Positions 1-14,530 of a stretch of 64,000 bases of DNA are shown here, piece after piece. The DNA comes from the human T2T-CHM13v2.0 reference genome, Homo sapiens. Positions within the stretch are counted from its first letter, which is position 1, and each line of letters starts with the position of its first letter. Below the pieces are notes generated by a model. The model was not told the DNA's origin and made no database searches. It saw nothing but the letters and a program-made list of their open reading frames with translations. The stretch spans positions 19,904,001 through 19,968,000 of the forward strand of contig CP068257.2 of NCBI GenBank assembly GCA_009914755.4, given 5' to 3'. The translations under genes and the position numbers were made by a program.

Positions 1-181
1 ACAGCAAAGCATAACAACAATATTACAGGGGCTTGAACAACACTACGAAGAGTATTTGGATTGCGTGACCCTATGACCAAAACTATTCCATTGACCTTAA
101 TTTCTTGGGAAACTTCTAGCTTGGAATAGCTTGTACACATATACATATGATCAAATACTCCTGCCCATGATCCATTCCCTT

Positions 182-213
182 TTGTTATTGTTGTTGTTGT
201 TGCTGTTGTTGTT
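182..213. repeat. (TTG)n microsatellite, about 10 units, imperfect
   Basis: Direct read: ttgttattgttgttgttgttgctgttgttgtt. Confidence 0.9.
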
Positions 214-2302
214 AATTTTGTTAAGAATTTCAATATCAAGACTGACTGGCACCAACACTTTGGTATTCAATTTGATTCTATGACTGAAGTACTGGAATTT
301 ATTATGTGGCTAAAGTGCTCTATTTATTAAGAACTATATTTAATACCACCAACAAATATAGGGGTTAAGGAAAAAAAACGTGAGCTACATGTGTAAGAAG
401 GCCCTGCATGTGTATGAGTCCTATTCTGGGCAAATAGATTCTTAAAGTGGCTTTCAACTTCAAGATGAAGGAGCTTAATAATGGTTACTCATTTTATCAG
501 GGGAATTTCAGGGAACGTAGGCGTCCAAGAGCCAGTTATCTTTAGCAGATATTAAAAATTGAAAACTTTGGAGAACTCATTTCAAGTTATGATTCAGTGC
601 ATTTTCAACATTGATTTTTGATAGACTGAAGTGCCAGATCAAAATTGTTACCCATTTGAAAGAATATTAGTTGTATATAAAATTAGATTAGAAAGACTTT
701 CTAAATCTCTATCTCTTTATATATGTCCTATTCATTCACAATGGATTATACAAAAAAAAGTGTATTGCAAGTGAAATAATATTGATTTCTGCCCTCAGCT
801 TCAAATAAAGTAAATTGAAATGGGAACAATATCAATATGGTGTCTTGATATATTTATAAATATGTGATTATCATTTATTTTTAAAATAATTTATCAAAAA
901 ACAAGTCTTTAGTGTTCAAATACTTCAAATCATATCCTCAGATATATTTTTAGCCCATGGTTTTATATAATCTTTAAGAACTAATTTTACCACTGTTATA
1001 GGTTCACCATTAAATATAATTGGCTAATAAAAATTTTAAGGTTGACTAAATTAAGAAGAAATTATTTAACATTTTAATGTGCCATAAAAGAGTAAATGAT
1101 AAATAATTAAATGCCACTATGTGTTCTATTCCGGATGTTCTAGCTAGAAGTCATTTTAAGATTTTGATAAACAACTTTGGTTGAAGAAATTCCTTAAGTA
1201 TTCAACACAAACTTTCTAATATCTTTTGTTAGGGTTATACCAGAATAAAATGCTTCTTTACTTCCAAGCTATGCAAGCTCCCAGAGGTAATAGAGTGACA
1301 CATGATTTAACTTATATGTAAGGTTTAAAAAAGTATTTATCATTATAAACATACATACCATTTGGGAGCAGGTTTATTAACCTTGAGAGCCAAAGGTTTC
1401 CTTAGGCCCTGTAACATTCAGAACCTTTGGTGTTTCAGGTGGTATTATAGCTCAAATAGTGACAGGACAGGGAATGCGTTCCAAAGGAATATTGGAGCAA
1501 TTTTAACATTGCAGAAACCTGCTCTGGGTGTGTCTCTCTGTAGAGATAACCTGATGATTATTAAATGTAAAATTAAGGCAACTCATGAATATTTTTATTT
1601 ACAAAGTGCTTGAAACTCAGCCAAGGAGAGAAAACTAAGTACTTTTATATAATTCATCACTTTTCTGGCTACAGCAGGACAGAATATGACCATCTTCGTT
1701 TGAAGGCACCAAATCGTCGCAGTGTCTTTGCCATAAGTTGCAGGGTTAAATGCGGAAATCTCTCCTTGCGTTCCTGTCTGGCGTATTCTGAAGAAAAGAA
1801 CAGAATTCTTGTGCCTACCTAAGAATTTGAGTAGTGTCTAAACAAACAAAGCAGTTAGGTCATTTTAACTGACTTGATTATCCAACTGGTCTTTGACAGA
1901 TTTGACTGTTCATATTTAGTTTATGTTTGTCTGATCATCCAGTTTGCTTTATTTTGCTGTGTTTTATTTTGTTGTTTGTTTTGTTTTGTACCAGTGTACT
2001 AAAACTAGTCAAAATACTTGAATTAGTTTGTTTGTGCAAAGTGTACAAGCTTAGTAAAGTGTCCATGAAGCAATAGCCATGAATGCTAATTATTTCTAAA
2101 TAGGGCCACATGGTTTTAAACTAATGATGGTGAAAGAAATACGATGACTGAGAAAGTCATTTCGCATGTTTACTATTGTTATATTCGTGCTTTACTTCAA
2201 GAGTGCAGAAATCATAATAAATAACAAACTATTTTTGTGTTTTCTCAATGTGACATTTCTGTTTCTCTCATTTATTCGGATTTTCCTTGTAAAGAAATTG
2301 AC

Positions 2303-2364
2303 ATATATTTCATATATATATACACATATATATATATACACATATATATACATATATATATATG
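2303..2364. repeat. (TA)n/(TATACA)n compound microsatellite
   Basis: Direct read: atatatttcatatatatatacacatatatatatatacacatatatatacatatatatatatg. Produces the spurious ORFs 2166-2396 (+) and 2192-2383 (-). Confidence 0.9.
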
Positions 2365-5300
2365 ATGTTAAATTTCCTGCCACTCATGTGGAGTAATGAT
2401 CTGAAATTAACAGATAATCTGAAGCTAATTATATTCAGACTATTTCAAGTGCACTGTTTCAGTTGCCCGGGTGGTCCTTACCTCTTGTCCTTGAAATCCA
2501 TGCCATGCTGAAGCAAGGCAATACTGTGATAAAGTATTTTTTTTAATATTTCAATGGAATGCTCCAAATGATTTATAAAAATTTCAAAATAAAAGATGGC
2601 TTGTAGTAAATTGTAAAATATGAGTATAACTGAAATAACCTGTTTCATTCTTATTCTAGATTAAACAAACATATACATATAACCATATAAATGTTATTTT
2701 TATTGTCTGAGAGTACTCTTAAATATTAGTATAAAGTGTCAAAAGAATTGACTGAATATAAGTACTGTTAAAATAATTTGAACCCTATGATATTTTAAAC
2801 CAAGAGGCAAAGATATCACCTAAAACTTGGTATTTCTTGATAGGTTAGGTGCAATTAGGCAGTGACAATCTGTATTCAACAACATATAAGAGGAAAGAGT
2901 AATATCAGAATTTTGACACAAATTAATGTGTCAACATATTTTACAATGATTGTCAAAGGAATTTAAGAATTGTATTTTTAAAGATTTATTTATTATTTTT
3001 GTGGGCTAAGACATTGCCATTCTATTGATACTAATGTCTAACATTAATGTTTCTTGTTTTCTTTTATTTTTAATATTAATAACTATAAAAGCATTTTTCA
3101 AAGGCTATTTGATCCAGCACACTTCATATGGATCTTAGTCTTTGAATTAAATATTTATATAAATAGATTTCATTAATCAAATTATTTATTTGTGTGCCAA
3201 CAATTAATTGTAACTTTATGATCATATCTTTGTTTATGCTTCTTATTTTAAATAATTAAGATGTATCTGTGCCTTTTAATTAGCATGACAGTCTGCTTTA
3301 TTAAAAGAAAAAAACTACAATTAACATCATTACTAGTATATTTTGCTTAGATTTGAGATACTCAAATGATGCTGTCTTATTTACAGTCAGTAATTAAGTT
3401 CAATTCAAACTATTTTACCTTGAATATAAAATCTAAATATAATAAACTATACTGTATAATTTACTTTAATTCATGTCAAAACAATTCTTTTTATACACAC
3501 ACATGAAATATTCTTAATCTGTTCTGTATTGTTTTTCTAAACAATAAATACATTCTAGATATTGTTGAAATTAAATTTTGCCAGTTGTAAGACAAAGACA
3601 ACAGATAACTTTTGAAAATCAAGCAAATTACTATGGTGTTTCTTGGGTCTTCATTATTCCATTTATATATATTTTTTATTTCGAATAATAAATCAACCTT
3701 TATTTTTGGCAATAAGATTATCACTGACGAAAATATGTACAGTTCAAGAAGTAGAAATAATATTTTCCATTAGTTAATTTAGGAAATATTGGAATAGCAT
3801 ATTATAATTATTTATGAGGTTCCCAATGTTGTTTTTCACAGAAAATAAGGTAAACATTCAACTTAAATCCCCCATGAAGTTTTTTCATGCTCATACTCAT
3901 AATCATTATCACATAATGTGCTTATTCAACAAACTTTGTATCTGGATATATTTTTAACAATAAGTTTGTTAGCATTATTTATTTATCTTTAGAGAGAAAA
4001 TATTTGCATCTGTTTATTTACCCTTTGAAGCATTAATACTTAGTCACTCACATTGAAATTGCATATGGATGTATCAACATAGGCTAAAATTAAATTATGG
4101 ATGTCGCAGAAATGAAATACTTCATCTTAGAAGGTAAAATTTTCAAGAAAGTATTTTATTCATGGACTTAATAATGTCTTAAGATGAAACAATTTTATGT
4201 CCAAATGAGAAATTTATAAAAAGACCCACATATAGTAGTTGCTGAACAAACATAATTTTCTTCCAGCTCCCATCCTTCCTTTTTGAAAAATTGAATTTAC
4301 CCATGTAGATGCAGCTATTTACAATTATACAAGAATGCGAATAGATTAATTATATCTTCTCATATAAAGGCAAAGAATTTTATATTATATATAATGCTAA
4401 ATATTTATTTGATAACACAATATTCTTAGAAAAATAGTTTATTACTTTAGGATTTTATCTATAACATAAATATATTATTTGTTATTACCTCTTTAAATTT
4501 TCATTTTATACAATTTTTGAGATTCTGGCCACACAACATTCAGAATTATTGCTCATGTAAATTTAAATATTGCTACTTATTTTTTTTCTTTTCTGAAATG
4601 AAAACATGAATCTTTTGGCATCTGTTTTTAGCCTCCCATGGAAGACAGTAAGCAAAACCATCACTGTTGGAGAATTTCAAATCACAACCCGACATAGGAG
4701 AGTAGAGAAACAAAGAAATGAGTGGATCTAGAAAGGCAAACTGAATTGCTATATTTGGAATAGCTAAGAAGGACCTGACTTTGAGAAGTGCTAGACCAGG
4801 GACTAGGAACGTTGCTTAGATAAAAATTATGGCCGATTACACTGATGCGAAGGAGAAAACAGTGTAACACAGAGGAGAAAGTTAACAGAGATAGAATCTA
4901 TGATTTAATTTTGCAAATAGTTTTTTTAGAGAACAACATGCATACTATAAAAGAAATGATACTATTAAGAACAAACCTACTTGTTCCAACTCTTAAAGAA
5001 ATATTCATGGTTTAGCATTTGCCTCTAAACCCTGTTAGAAATATGTGAAGTTAGAAATAAAGGTTTTTTTTAAAAAAAGCTTTTTTGGTATGTGAACTGT
5101 ATGCTGTGCTCAGTATGTACTGAAACATACTATCTTTTATTTTCTTTAATTTATATATTCCATTCAAATTCTATATTCTTAAGTTAGCTACCACAACGTT
5201 TTCTTATTGTTTCAATATGGTATGTCCCAATGAAATGCTGTATATATATGTCTAAACTGTAAAAATTATACTGCAAATGTTGAAGTTTTGTATTTATGAG

Positions 5301-5604
5301 AGACATTGAAAGTATGGCTTACAGTATATCAAACTTGTCACACTTCACCATTTGTATATTAATAGTAAAGATACTTTTACTTTAATAAAGTGTTGCATTT
5401 TATGTTTATTTTGAATAACATTTCTGCAGTGAGCAAGCTTATGGCTTTTCAAATACTTCTGTGTTAAGAAATTTCCAAACATATATCTAGATATTCTAAA
5501 GAAGAGAATGCTTTCTGCCATCTTATCTCTCAATGAGTTACAATCTTTTGGCTTCTACACTGAGCAGAGCTCAGAGAATTAATGAATAAACAGTTGGTTT
5601 AGAG

Positions 5605-5787
5605 CAGTGGTTCTCAAGATGTGACCCCCTAGAGCAGCATTACCTGGGAACTTGTTCGAATTGTAAATTTCTAGACCTCACCAGAGATTCGATCAATCAG
5701 AAGGTTGTAGGAGAGGGCCATGGTAATTTGTGTTTCAATAAGAATTTCTGATGATTCTGATGCACGCTAAAATTTGAGGTCCAATGG
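5605..5787. mobile_element. MER5-like hAT non-autonomous DNA transposon (MITE), about 185 bp
   Basis: Starts cagtggttctcaag...cctgggaacttgtt... and ends ...ttctgatgattctgatgcacgctaaaatttgaggtccaatgg. Terminal inverted repeat (TIR) is cagtggttctc / ~gag.accactg. Overall similarity to MER5A consensus recalled from memory. Confidence 0.45.
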
Positions 5788-7479
5788 ATTAGAGACACTT
5801 TATTTTTTCATTTACCAAATTGTGTTGATCAATTTATAAATGCTAGGCAACCAACTAAATATAGCAGTTATGCTTTAACGCAATGTATGCATTCCCCAAC
5901 AGCATCATATTCTGCAAAATAATGCACTTAATAATAAAAAGACTTGAAGGAAAAATAAGTTTGGAACAAACCAGTCAAAATGTAAACAACTGTGGAACCA
6001 GAGCATTGTCACAAGTTAACAGCAAACAACCATTCTTTAAAAGAGAGTATAAACATTGGAACATATTGAATGATAGTCTATTATTAACTTCTGTTTCAAA
6101 GCTAATCATTTCACACATGATTTCACAAGTACTTTTCATTTTTTAAAACTAGTATAAATGTGACTTACTCTTAAAAACTAAAAATCTGAGTGCCAACTTT
6201 TCACAACGGGGCAATTTTCAATGTAAGCTTTACAAATACCTCAAAATACATACACATATAGAATAAAAATAACATCAAACACTTTGAAAAGTGAAGAAAA
6301 AGATATATATTGTGCTTGGTATTTCAGTATTCTATGTTTATTATAAAGACAATTAAAATAAAATACAAACTATGCCTCATGAAAGAAGCCAAAATTAAGT
6401 CTCTGATGTGTTTTGGAAATTGTGCAGGTAACCCTGATAATATTTTAGAGAATTTCTTCCACATTTTTTCTAACCCAAGGCATTGCCTAAATACAAATTC
6501 TCTTTATTATACATTAAATAATGAACATATTTCTCCTAAGTTTCATGCCATATATGGCCTCAGCATTTTAAATTTCTTTTTTAACATGAGTTTTTAATAC
6601 ACAAATTAAAATGTTCTCAAAATATAAATATTATTTTATATTTTATATGAGGTGTCATATATGTACTCGTCTTTGGCATAAACTTGTTCTTTAATAGAAC
6701 GCATACGTTTGTGTATTTTAACTTTTCTGGATAACTTTAACATCTTCCATAGATAGCCTTTTGCATTTTATTTTTTGGTAGAGTGGCCACTATAATAATA
6801 TAAAATTTATTACACTTTAATTTAGTCTTTAATTTAGATTTTTATTAATATATGGGCTGTAAAGTCAGATATTTCTAGTATTTAAATGTCTTCATATTTG
6901 GAAAACAAGATTAACTTGATTATTTTAGTTTACATCAACCTTTCCAATTCCACCTCCAATTTCCACACTTCCTACTTCTCTCATCTTTCTTTCATCTATC
7001 TCAATCATGACCAATGTCAGAAACTGGCCTGAGAAGTTTGAGATATATAAAGAAAAGGATATTTACCAAAATCAGTCCAAAACATTTGTATACCATCACA
7101 TCTGGAGATGAAGCAAATACCAATTATCTTGGAAGAGTCGTTTTTGAAAATAGAGTTTTTGAAGGAAGTTGCAATTTTCTTTGTGTTGGGAAGCATTGGC
7201 TGAAGAGAAGGAAATAGGCATCTAGTTTGTAAGCAAGGACACAGACTGAACCCACAGAGGGGATGCAACACACATCCAGGGTTTATTCAATGCTGTTTGA
7301 GGAAGCTTTAGCACTAGGTTTGACTATGTGAAGGTCCCCTACTAATTATAAGGGAAGTACTCTCTGAAAAGCATAAAAAAAATTTTCACCAATTCAGAAA
7401 CCAAGAGATCCAAGAGATCCACACATTTACTCAGCAGAAGAGAAAAGAATTTCCTACGTCTTTGCAACCAGGATGCAAA

Positions 7480-7755
7480 ACTGGGATCCTTGGAGTAATA
7501 TTGAAAAACAGATGAGAACCGAGATATTAGAATTAGAATAAACCTAGGTTCACACCCCAATTCCGTTACCTATTACTAGCTCTGAATGTGATAAATTTAG
7601 ATAAAAATTTGCAGCTTTATTTCCTCATGTATAAAATTGTTATCCTAAAGTAAATAATATTCATCTTCAAGAGATGATTTAAAGATTTATTGAGATCATA
7701 TTTATGCAGTTCTTCATGCAATGTCTACCACACAGAAAATACCAATAAATAGTAG
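7480..7755 (+). mobile_element. MIR SINE (mammalian-wide interspersed repeat)
   Basis: Core cctaggttcacaccccaattccgttacctattactagctctgaatgtgat ... gcagctttatttcctcatgtataaaattgttatcctaaag ... cacagaaaataccaataaatag parallels MIR consensus ctgggttcgaatcccggctctgccacttactagctgtgtgacctt...gcctcagtttcctcatctgtaaaatgggg...cacatagtaagcgctcaataaatg. Confidence 0.7.
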
Positions 7756-8823
7756 CCATGAGTATCTTTATATCCGCCATATTTCAACATCGATTCTCAG
7801 AGTAAGTTACGTTAGACAGTAACCTATTATTGAATAACAAATTGAAATGTAGTAGTGACTTAAAACATTAACAATGTATTATTTTTTATGATTTCACATA
7901 TTGATTTGAATAAATTCGGTAATTATTTTGCAACATATGATGTAGCTGAGCTCCCTTAAGTGGCTACCAGCTTCTAAAAGGCAACCTTCCAAATGGAAGT
8001 CCCAATATGCAAATGCTCCCCAAGCCTCTATTTGCATCATGCTTGTGATGTTCAGTCAGTCACATTAAATCATATGGATAAGCACATAGTCAATGTGTTT
8101 GCATAGAGGGTGTAAACAAGGGCATAATGCACTGAGCACAATTAATGTCACAATGTAGCTCAATATTCCTTATGTCTCCTAATGTTTCACATCTTTTCCA
8201 CATGCTAAACTCACTCAAACCCTTCCTGAAACTTTCAATGTATATTATTGTGTTATCATGATAAGATTTGAATTTTAGAATTTATTCAACTAAGTTAATC
8301 CCAGGTGATCATAGCATCTCAGGGATTACACCTGGGTTCAATTCTTCAGTGCAGAGTTCTGTCCACTAAAAAGATAATGTAACTCCTTCTGGAAAACTCT
8401 ACAGATAATTATAAGGCAGGAGCAGGATATAACAATAGACACGGCAATTCAAATAATAGGGAAGGAATTGGAGACTTTTGACAGTTATGTGTCTGTAGAA
8501 ATTTTGAGATCCAGTCAGAAAAAAATGACCAATTCCATCACCCACTGCCCCCCACCATCAGCACAGGGAATTTTCCTTAATTAGGGTTTGATTCCATTCC
8601 AAGGGTAAGATAACTATCTATATTGTTCTTCGTATTGTTAGGGTCACTCTTTGAGATATTCCTACTTTTCTATAGGAAAGAGTACGTGATTATAGCTGGG
8701 TAAATTTCTTGGCTTGTTTCTTGGCCAGATGTATTTACTGCCTAGAAAACTATTTTCATTTAAACTTCTTAAGTCCCACTAAATTCAAGCTGATACAACT
8801 TTTTTAAAACAGTGGGAGTTCTA

Positions 8824-8950
8824 GATAGATAGATAGACACACACATATAAACATGTATGTATATATATGTATATAAAAACATGTATGTATATATATGTAT
8901 ATACATACATGTTTATATATATACATATATATACGTATGTGTAAATGTAT
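8824..8950. repeat. Compound microsatellite (GATA)n-(CA)n-(TATG/TA)n with internal ~24-bp duplication
   Basis: agatagatagatagacacacacatataaacatgtatgtatatatatgtatataaaaacatgtatgtatatatatgtatatacatacatg... Confidence 0.9.
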
Positions 8951-9639
8951 CAAATTATAGTCTACTACATTAGACAAGAACCACACTTAGGAATGTTTTC
9001 AAGATAGTTACTTCTCTGTGGGGCTGCAAAGGGGGATCTTATTATATGATTCCCTTAACAATTTTAAAAGCCCATTTATCCAGTTATAAAAGCCTATAAG
9101 GCACGGCCTTACATTCCCATGTGATCTAACAAAGGACACCCTTGATTTTTTTTTTATCCCCAAACTATGTTTTACTGACAATACCCAGACTTTGATCTTT
9201 GACTCTATGACATTTATTACTTTTGAGAAACTTTTGACAGCTAGAAAGTGTGGGAAAGAGAGAACAAGTCTTTTGTAAGAAATAATCTTCTGAATGCTGC
9301 TTGAAAATTGAGCATATATCTCTCTAGCACGTATGTCTCCTGCAACATCCTATCATACTTGAGAAGAAAAAAAAAGACAATTAGCACTTTCAATATGCTG
9401 CCTTGAAATCTCCTTAGTCACATTCACAAACACATTAGGTACATTTTCTGTTTTCCAATGTATCATAGGCAACAATTTTCCTAAATATCTGCAAACACGG
9501 TTTTCTTTGTCTCCAGTCCCTAACAGCAATTTTCTCACTGCTCTAAGAGACTTCACTAACAGTCTTCTTTCCTCCATTTAGGCCTTTATCTCCCATATAA
9601 TCACAAAGCTGATGACAGAAGGGATATCGTTTTGTTATA

Positions 9640-10520
<881 letters not shown>

Positions 10521-10639
10521 CTGCAAAATATAATGACTAAGAGAATCCCACTTTATTTTATCTGGTAATTCTTTGAATTGACTTGGGTTGATTTTATATA
10601 TTTTTTTCCCTACCTTCCTGGTGTGTTGAAGTCAGTCAC

Positions 10640-12100
10640 TGTATTAGTTGGGGTTCTCTAGAGGAAACCCCTACTGATACTCACCCATTGTTTGCCCGTG
10701 GGTGAGTATTAAGCCTCTACTAAGACCCAGTTTTGGGCCAAAAGCTGTTTCTCGATAGAAGAATAGCTATCTTCAGATAATGCCAGGGTCGTGCTCTAAA
10801 ATCCTAAAAGCTCATGCTGTGACTCTCTTATAGAGTCCTGCCAAAGTCTCCAAAAAATATCCCTATCTGCCACTGACATTTCAAGTACCGTTGAATCTGC
10901 TGGATCATATGGCCCATGTGGCCGAACAGCTTGCCCAGAGCCTGGACCTGTCTTTCTTTTGTTCTAAGCCCTACAAAAAACTAGCAGCTTTTTGGGGTCC
11001 TATTTAAATGGGCTGAAGTAGCATACTAAACTGTGGATTGTGTTGCATTCACAATCTAAGGAAGCCCACTAGGCATTGTGCCTCTTTATTTATTGTGGGA
11101 GACACCAGGTGCAACAACTCATTCATCACTTTAAGATATACCTTTAACATTATTCCTCCCAGTGGACGTCCACAAATTTGTTAGATACAGAATTCTGGAT
11201 TTTAGTAACATTTATTTCTCATCTTTTAACATGTAAAATTCTTATCAATGAGTCTGAATAGCGGCTACTTCTTTCTCACTAGATCCAATTAGTAAAATGT
11301 CATCAATGTAATGGGTCTGTGTGATATCTTGCAGAAGGAAAAGAGGATGAAGATCCCTGCAAGCCAAATTATGATATAAGGCTGGAGAGTTTATATACCC
11401 TGAGGCAAGACAGTGAAGGTAAAGTTCTGGTTTTGCTAGCTGAAAACGAATCACGTCTGGTGGATAGACAGTGTTGGAGAAAAGGGCATTTGCTGTATCA
11501 GTAACTGCATATCACATATCAAGGGATGTGTTAATTTGCCCAAGCAATGAAATAAAAACTACAATGGCATCTGCAATTTGAGTTACCACCTGATTAAGCT
11601 TATGATAATCTGCTGTCATTCTTCAAGATTCACAGGTCTTCTGCAAAAGTCAAATAGGTGAGTTGAAAAATAATGTTGGAATTACCGCCCCTGCAAACTT
11701 TAAAACCTTGATGGTGGCACAAAACTCCGCAGTTCTTCCAGGAATATGATATTGCTTGTTACTTACTATTTTCCCAGGTAAAGGTAGTGATAATGGCTTT
11801 CACTTGGTCTTTCCCACCATAATAGTCCTAACTTTAAGAAGAGACAAAATGCAAGACTGGGCCTTTGATTTGCATTGTACTTCAGCCAGTCACAGGATGA
11901 GGTTTTGAGTTTGATATTCAGCAATTTCAGCCCTGTGACTACAGGAAATAAGATTCTCCTTCTGGGTATACATTGAATGTCTTAAGTTGTTTACTTGATG
12001 CTTGAGCTGAGAACTCAAATGTCTGAGCTCATCTTTTATTCCCCTACTTTGTCCAGTGACATTAGAAAGAACTAACCCATGTTATTATATTTGTTAGTTT
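10640..12100 (-). mobile_element. HERVL (ERVL) internal fragment, pol reverse-transcriptase region, degenerate
   Basis: Minus-strand translation 11520-11245 gives ...DTANALFSNTVYPPDVIRFQLAKPELYLHCLASGYINSPALYHNLACRDLHPLFLLQDITQTHYIDDILLIGSSEKEVAAIQTH*. This carries the RT motifs LPQGY.NSP and YxDD (YIDD). It closely parallels the HERV-L pol (LPQGYINSPALCHNLI.RDL..F.LPQDITLVHYIDDIMLIGPSEQEVA) recalled from memory. Stops and frameshifts around it. Confidence 0.55.
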
Positions 12101-12809
12101 TCCAAAAATGTTTGAAGGTGTCATATACAGTCATCCATCTCCTTACTTTTTGTATTTGGTTGATTAGTAGTATATATTACAGACAGTTTTCATACCTCTA
12201 TAAAGAGTTCACGACGTGGACTATCAGTGCTCTTTACATTACTGGAAATAAAGACATTTGTATCTTTAAATCTAATTGGATTAGAAAGCCTATTCTGGAA
12301 ACCCCAGTATAAATTTTAAAACTCATTCTCAAAATTATTTTCCTCTAGAACCTTTCTTGGTACTGAAATTTATGTTAGTCTGGGTTCCCAGATAAACTAA
12401 ACCTTGAGTTACACGTTTCAGACTTTGCAATGAAGAAACATTACAACAATCAGCTATACCATTGTAAACGGATGCCTAATTACTGTATATTTAAGTATAA
12501 AAAATAAAATACGTACAGTCTAAAAATATAAGAAAAAATTTTATAGAATATAATTTTGGGCATTGTGATTTAGAGAGAATTCCTTAACCTCAAATAAAAT
12601 TGACTTAGATAATCACCTACCTTGTTTTCACACCAAAATGATCAGAAACTTTCAAAACTTAATTCTTCAGCCAAAAAGGTAGAAAATAAACTAATTTTAA
12701 ATAAAAGACAATCGTGCTTAAGAGAAATGGCTACCTTGTTTACAGTTTCTGTTATGTCTCCTACAATTAACAAAAAGCTATTTTTTGTTAAGTGAAATAT
12801 ATATAAGCA

Positions 12810-13000
12810 TATATATAATTTCTGATTGAAACACACATATTTCAATGTGTATTTTAAATACGTGTATTTATAATTTGTGTGTTGGAATACACATATTATT
12901 GAATGTGTGTTTGAAACATGCATACTGATTGAAATATATGCATTTATGTGTTTGAAATATACATGTTTCACTGATTGAAACATACACGTTTATAATAATC
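12810..13000. repeat. Degenerate minisatellite, ~23-26 bp unit (consensus approx tgattgaaayatacatrtttayr), about 8 units
   Basis: Units tgattgaaacacacatattt / caatgtgtattttaaatac / tgaatgtgtgtttgaaacatgcatac / tgattgaaatatatgcatttatg / tgtttgaaatatacatgtttcac / tgattgaaacatacacgtttat. Contains 113-aa minus ORF 12642-12983, which is low-complexity. Confidence 0.7.
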
Positions 13001-13099
13001 CATGTTTCTTGAGGATTTCAAATTATTTAACAATATTCAGATCCTAAAATATTCTATCTCTTATAAATTGAGAAACATTTATTATTTTCAATTGCACAT

Positions 13100-13540
13100 T
13101 AATAGGTGAGTGAATAAACAAATTATGTTCAAAGAGCATACATTGTAGGACTTGAATACATTTCAATAGTCAGAATACAATCTATCTTGGCAAATGTTCC
13201 ATAGAAACTAGCAAAGAATGTGTTTTTTGGTGCCGTTAGATTGAGTGTTCTATGAATGTTAATTATGTCACTGTGGTTAATAATGCTATTTATGTGTTCA
13301 ATATCCTTACTAATTTCCTGTCTCATGGTTCTATCTACTATTCAGAGTGGTGTCAATATCTGCAACTATAATAAAGAACTTTTCTAGTTCTCCTTGCAAT
13401 TCTATTGCTTTTTCCTTATTTTACTTGAAGTTCATTATCAGATATAGAAATGTTTCAGATTGTTATGGCCTCTTGATGAATCAGCTCCTTTATTACTATA
13501 AAAAGATCCTATTATTTTAGGTAAAATGCTCTTCGCTAAA
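13100..13540 (-). mobile_element. Ancient L1 (L1M-type) fragment, ORF2 endonuclease-domain region
   Basis: Minus ORF 13129-13326 ...DIINIHRTLNLTAPKNTFFASFYGTFAKIDCILTIEMYSS parallels L1 ORF2 EN segment DLIDIYRTLHPKSTEYTFFSAPHHTYSKIDHIVGSK. Confidence 0.45.
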
Positions 13541-13701
13541 ATTTACTTTTTGTGTGATATTACAATAGCCACTATAACAGCTACCAACAAAAGAAATGAA
13601 CTATTGCTATGAACAATATAAATGATTCTCAGAATTATTTGTCCATAAGAAAAAAGCCAGAAACAAAAGACCATGTGTTTTATGATCCCATTTGTTAAAC
13701 A

Positions 13702-13714
13702 TACACACCCACAC

Positions 13715-13742
<28 letters not shown>
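13702..13742. repeat. (CA)n microsatellite
   Basis: atacacacccacaccacacacacacacacacacacacacaca. Source of CV-repeat ORF 13543-13743 (-). Confidence 0.95.
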
Positions 13743-13745
<3 letters not shown>

Positions 13746-14530
13746 TAGAAAAGTCAAACTAACAGAAAATAAAATAAAGATGATCAGTATTTTTCTGGCC
13801 ATGGGGAAAATGGGATGTGGTAGGAGAGAGAGATTTGAAAGTGCTACAAAACAACTTGGGGATAATAGATATGCTCATTATCTTGATTGTTTTGTTACTT
13901 TCACAGGTGTGTACATCTGGTAAAACTGATCATATTGTGTACATAAACTTGTGCAGTTTATTGTTTATCAAATGTGCCTCAGTAAACCAGTGTAAATGCA
14001 ACTCACAGTCTTATTGCATTAGTAAAGTATAACAACATTTGTTCTGTGAACAATTGATAAGGTCAAATAGTAATTTCTCTGAAAAAAAATATGCATTTTA
14101 CTCTGAAGACATAAAATTATTCATGTAGTGCATTTCAATTTTTATATATAAAAATCCAAACAATTAAGAGTAACTGATGAAATATACTTCAAAATATTTA
14201 CATAATCTGTTGTTTAAGTTATCCCACTTTGATATCTTTATTTTCCCAAAGGCACACTAAAATGAATATATATTTGTATTTTTCCATGGGGAAATGTAGA
14301 TGCCTGTATGTAGATGCTGTTTTATTACACAGAGTAGTGAAAGGTTAGAGCTCAAAAGGGCTTTGGTTTTACATATGAAGAAGATAAGGTTTATTGAGTC
14401 TTGTTAATAATTCTGTACTAATTGATACTGAGCCTAGACCTTGTGTGCACTATGTATATATTTTTAAAGGGCATTCTGTAAAAGGCCTACTTTGAAAGAT
14501 TACTAGCATTGCTTTTTCAGGTTTTCTCAC

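Noticed and set aside
1362-1822. Two adjacent ORFs (83 aa and 70 aa) in unique sequence
   Set aside because: Short, with no recognisable domain, no upstream promoter or CpG island, and different frames. I treat them as chance ORFs. Only the CpG-retaining 110 bp inside is flagged as a finding.
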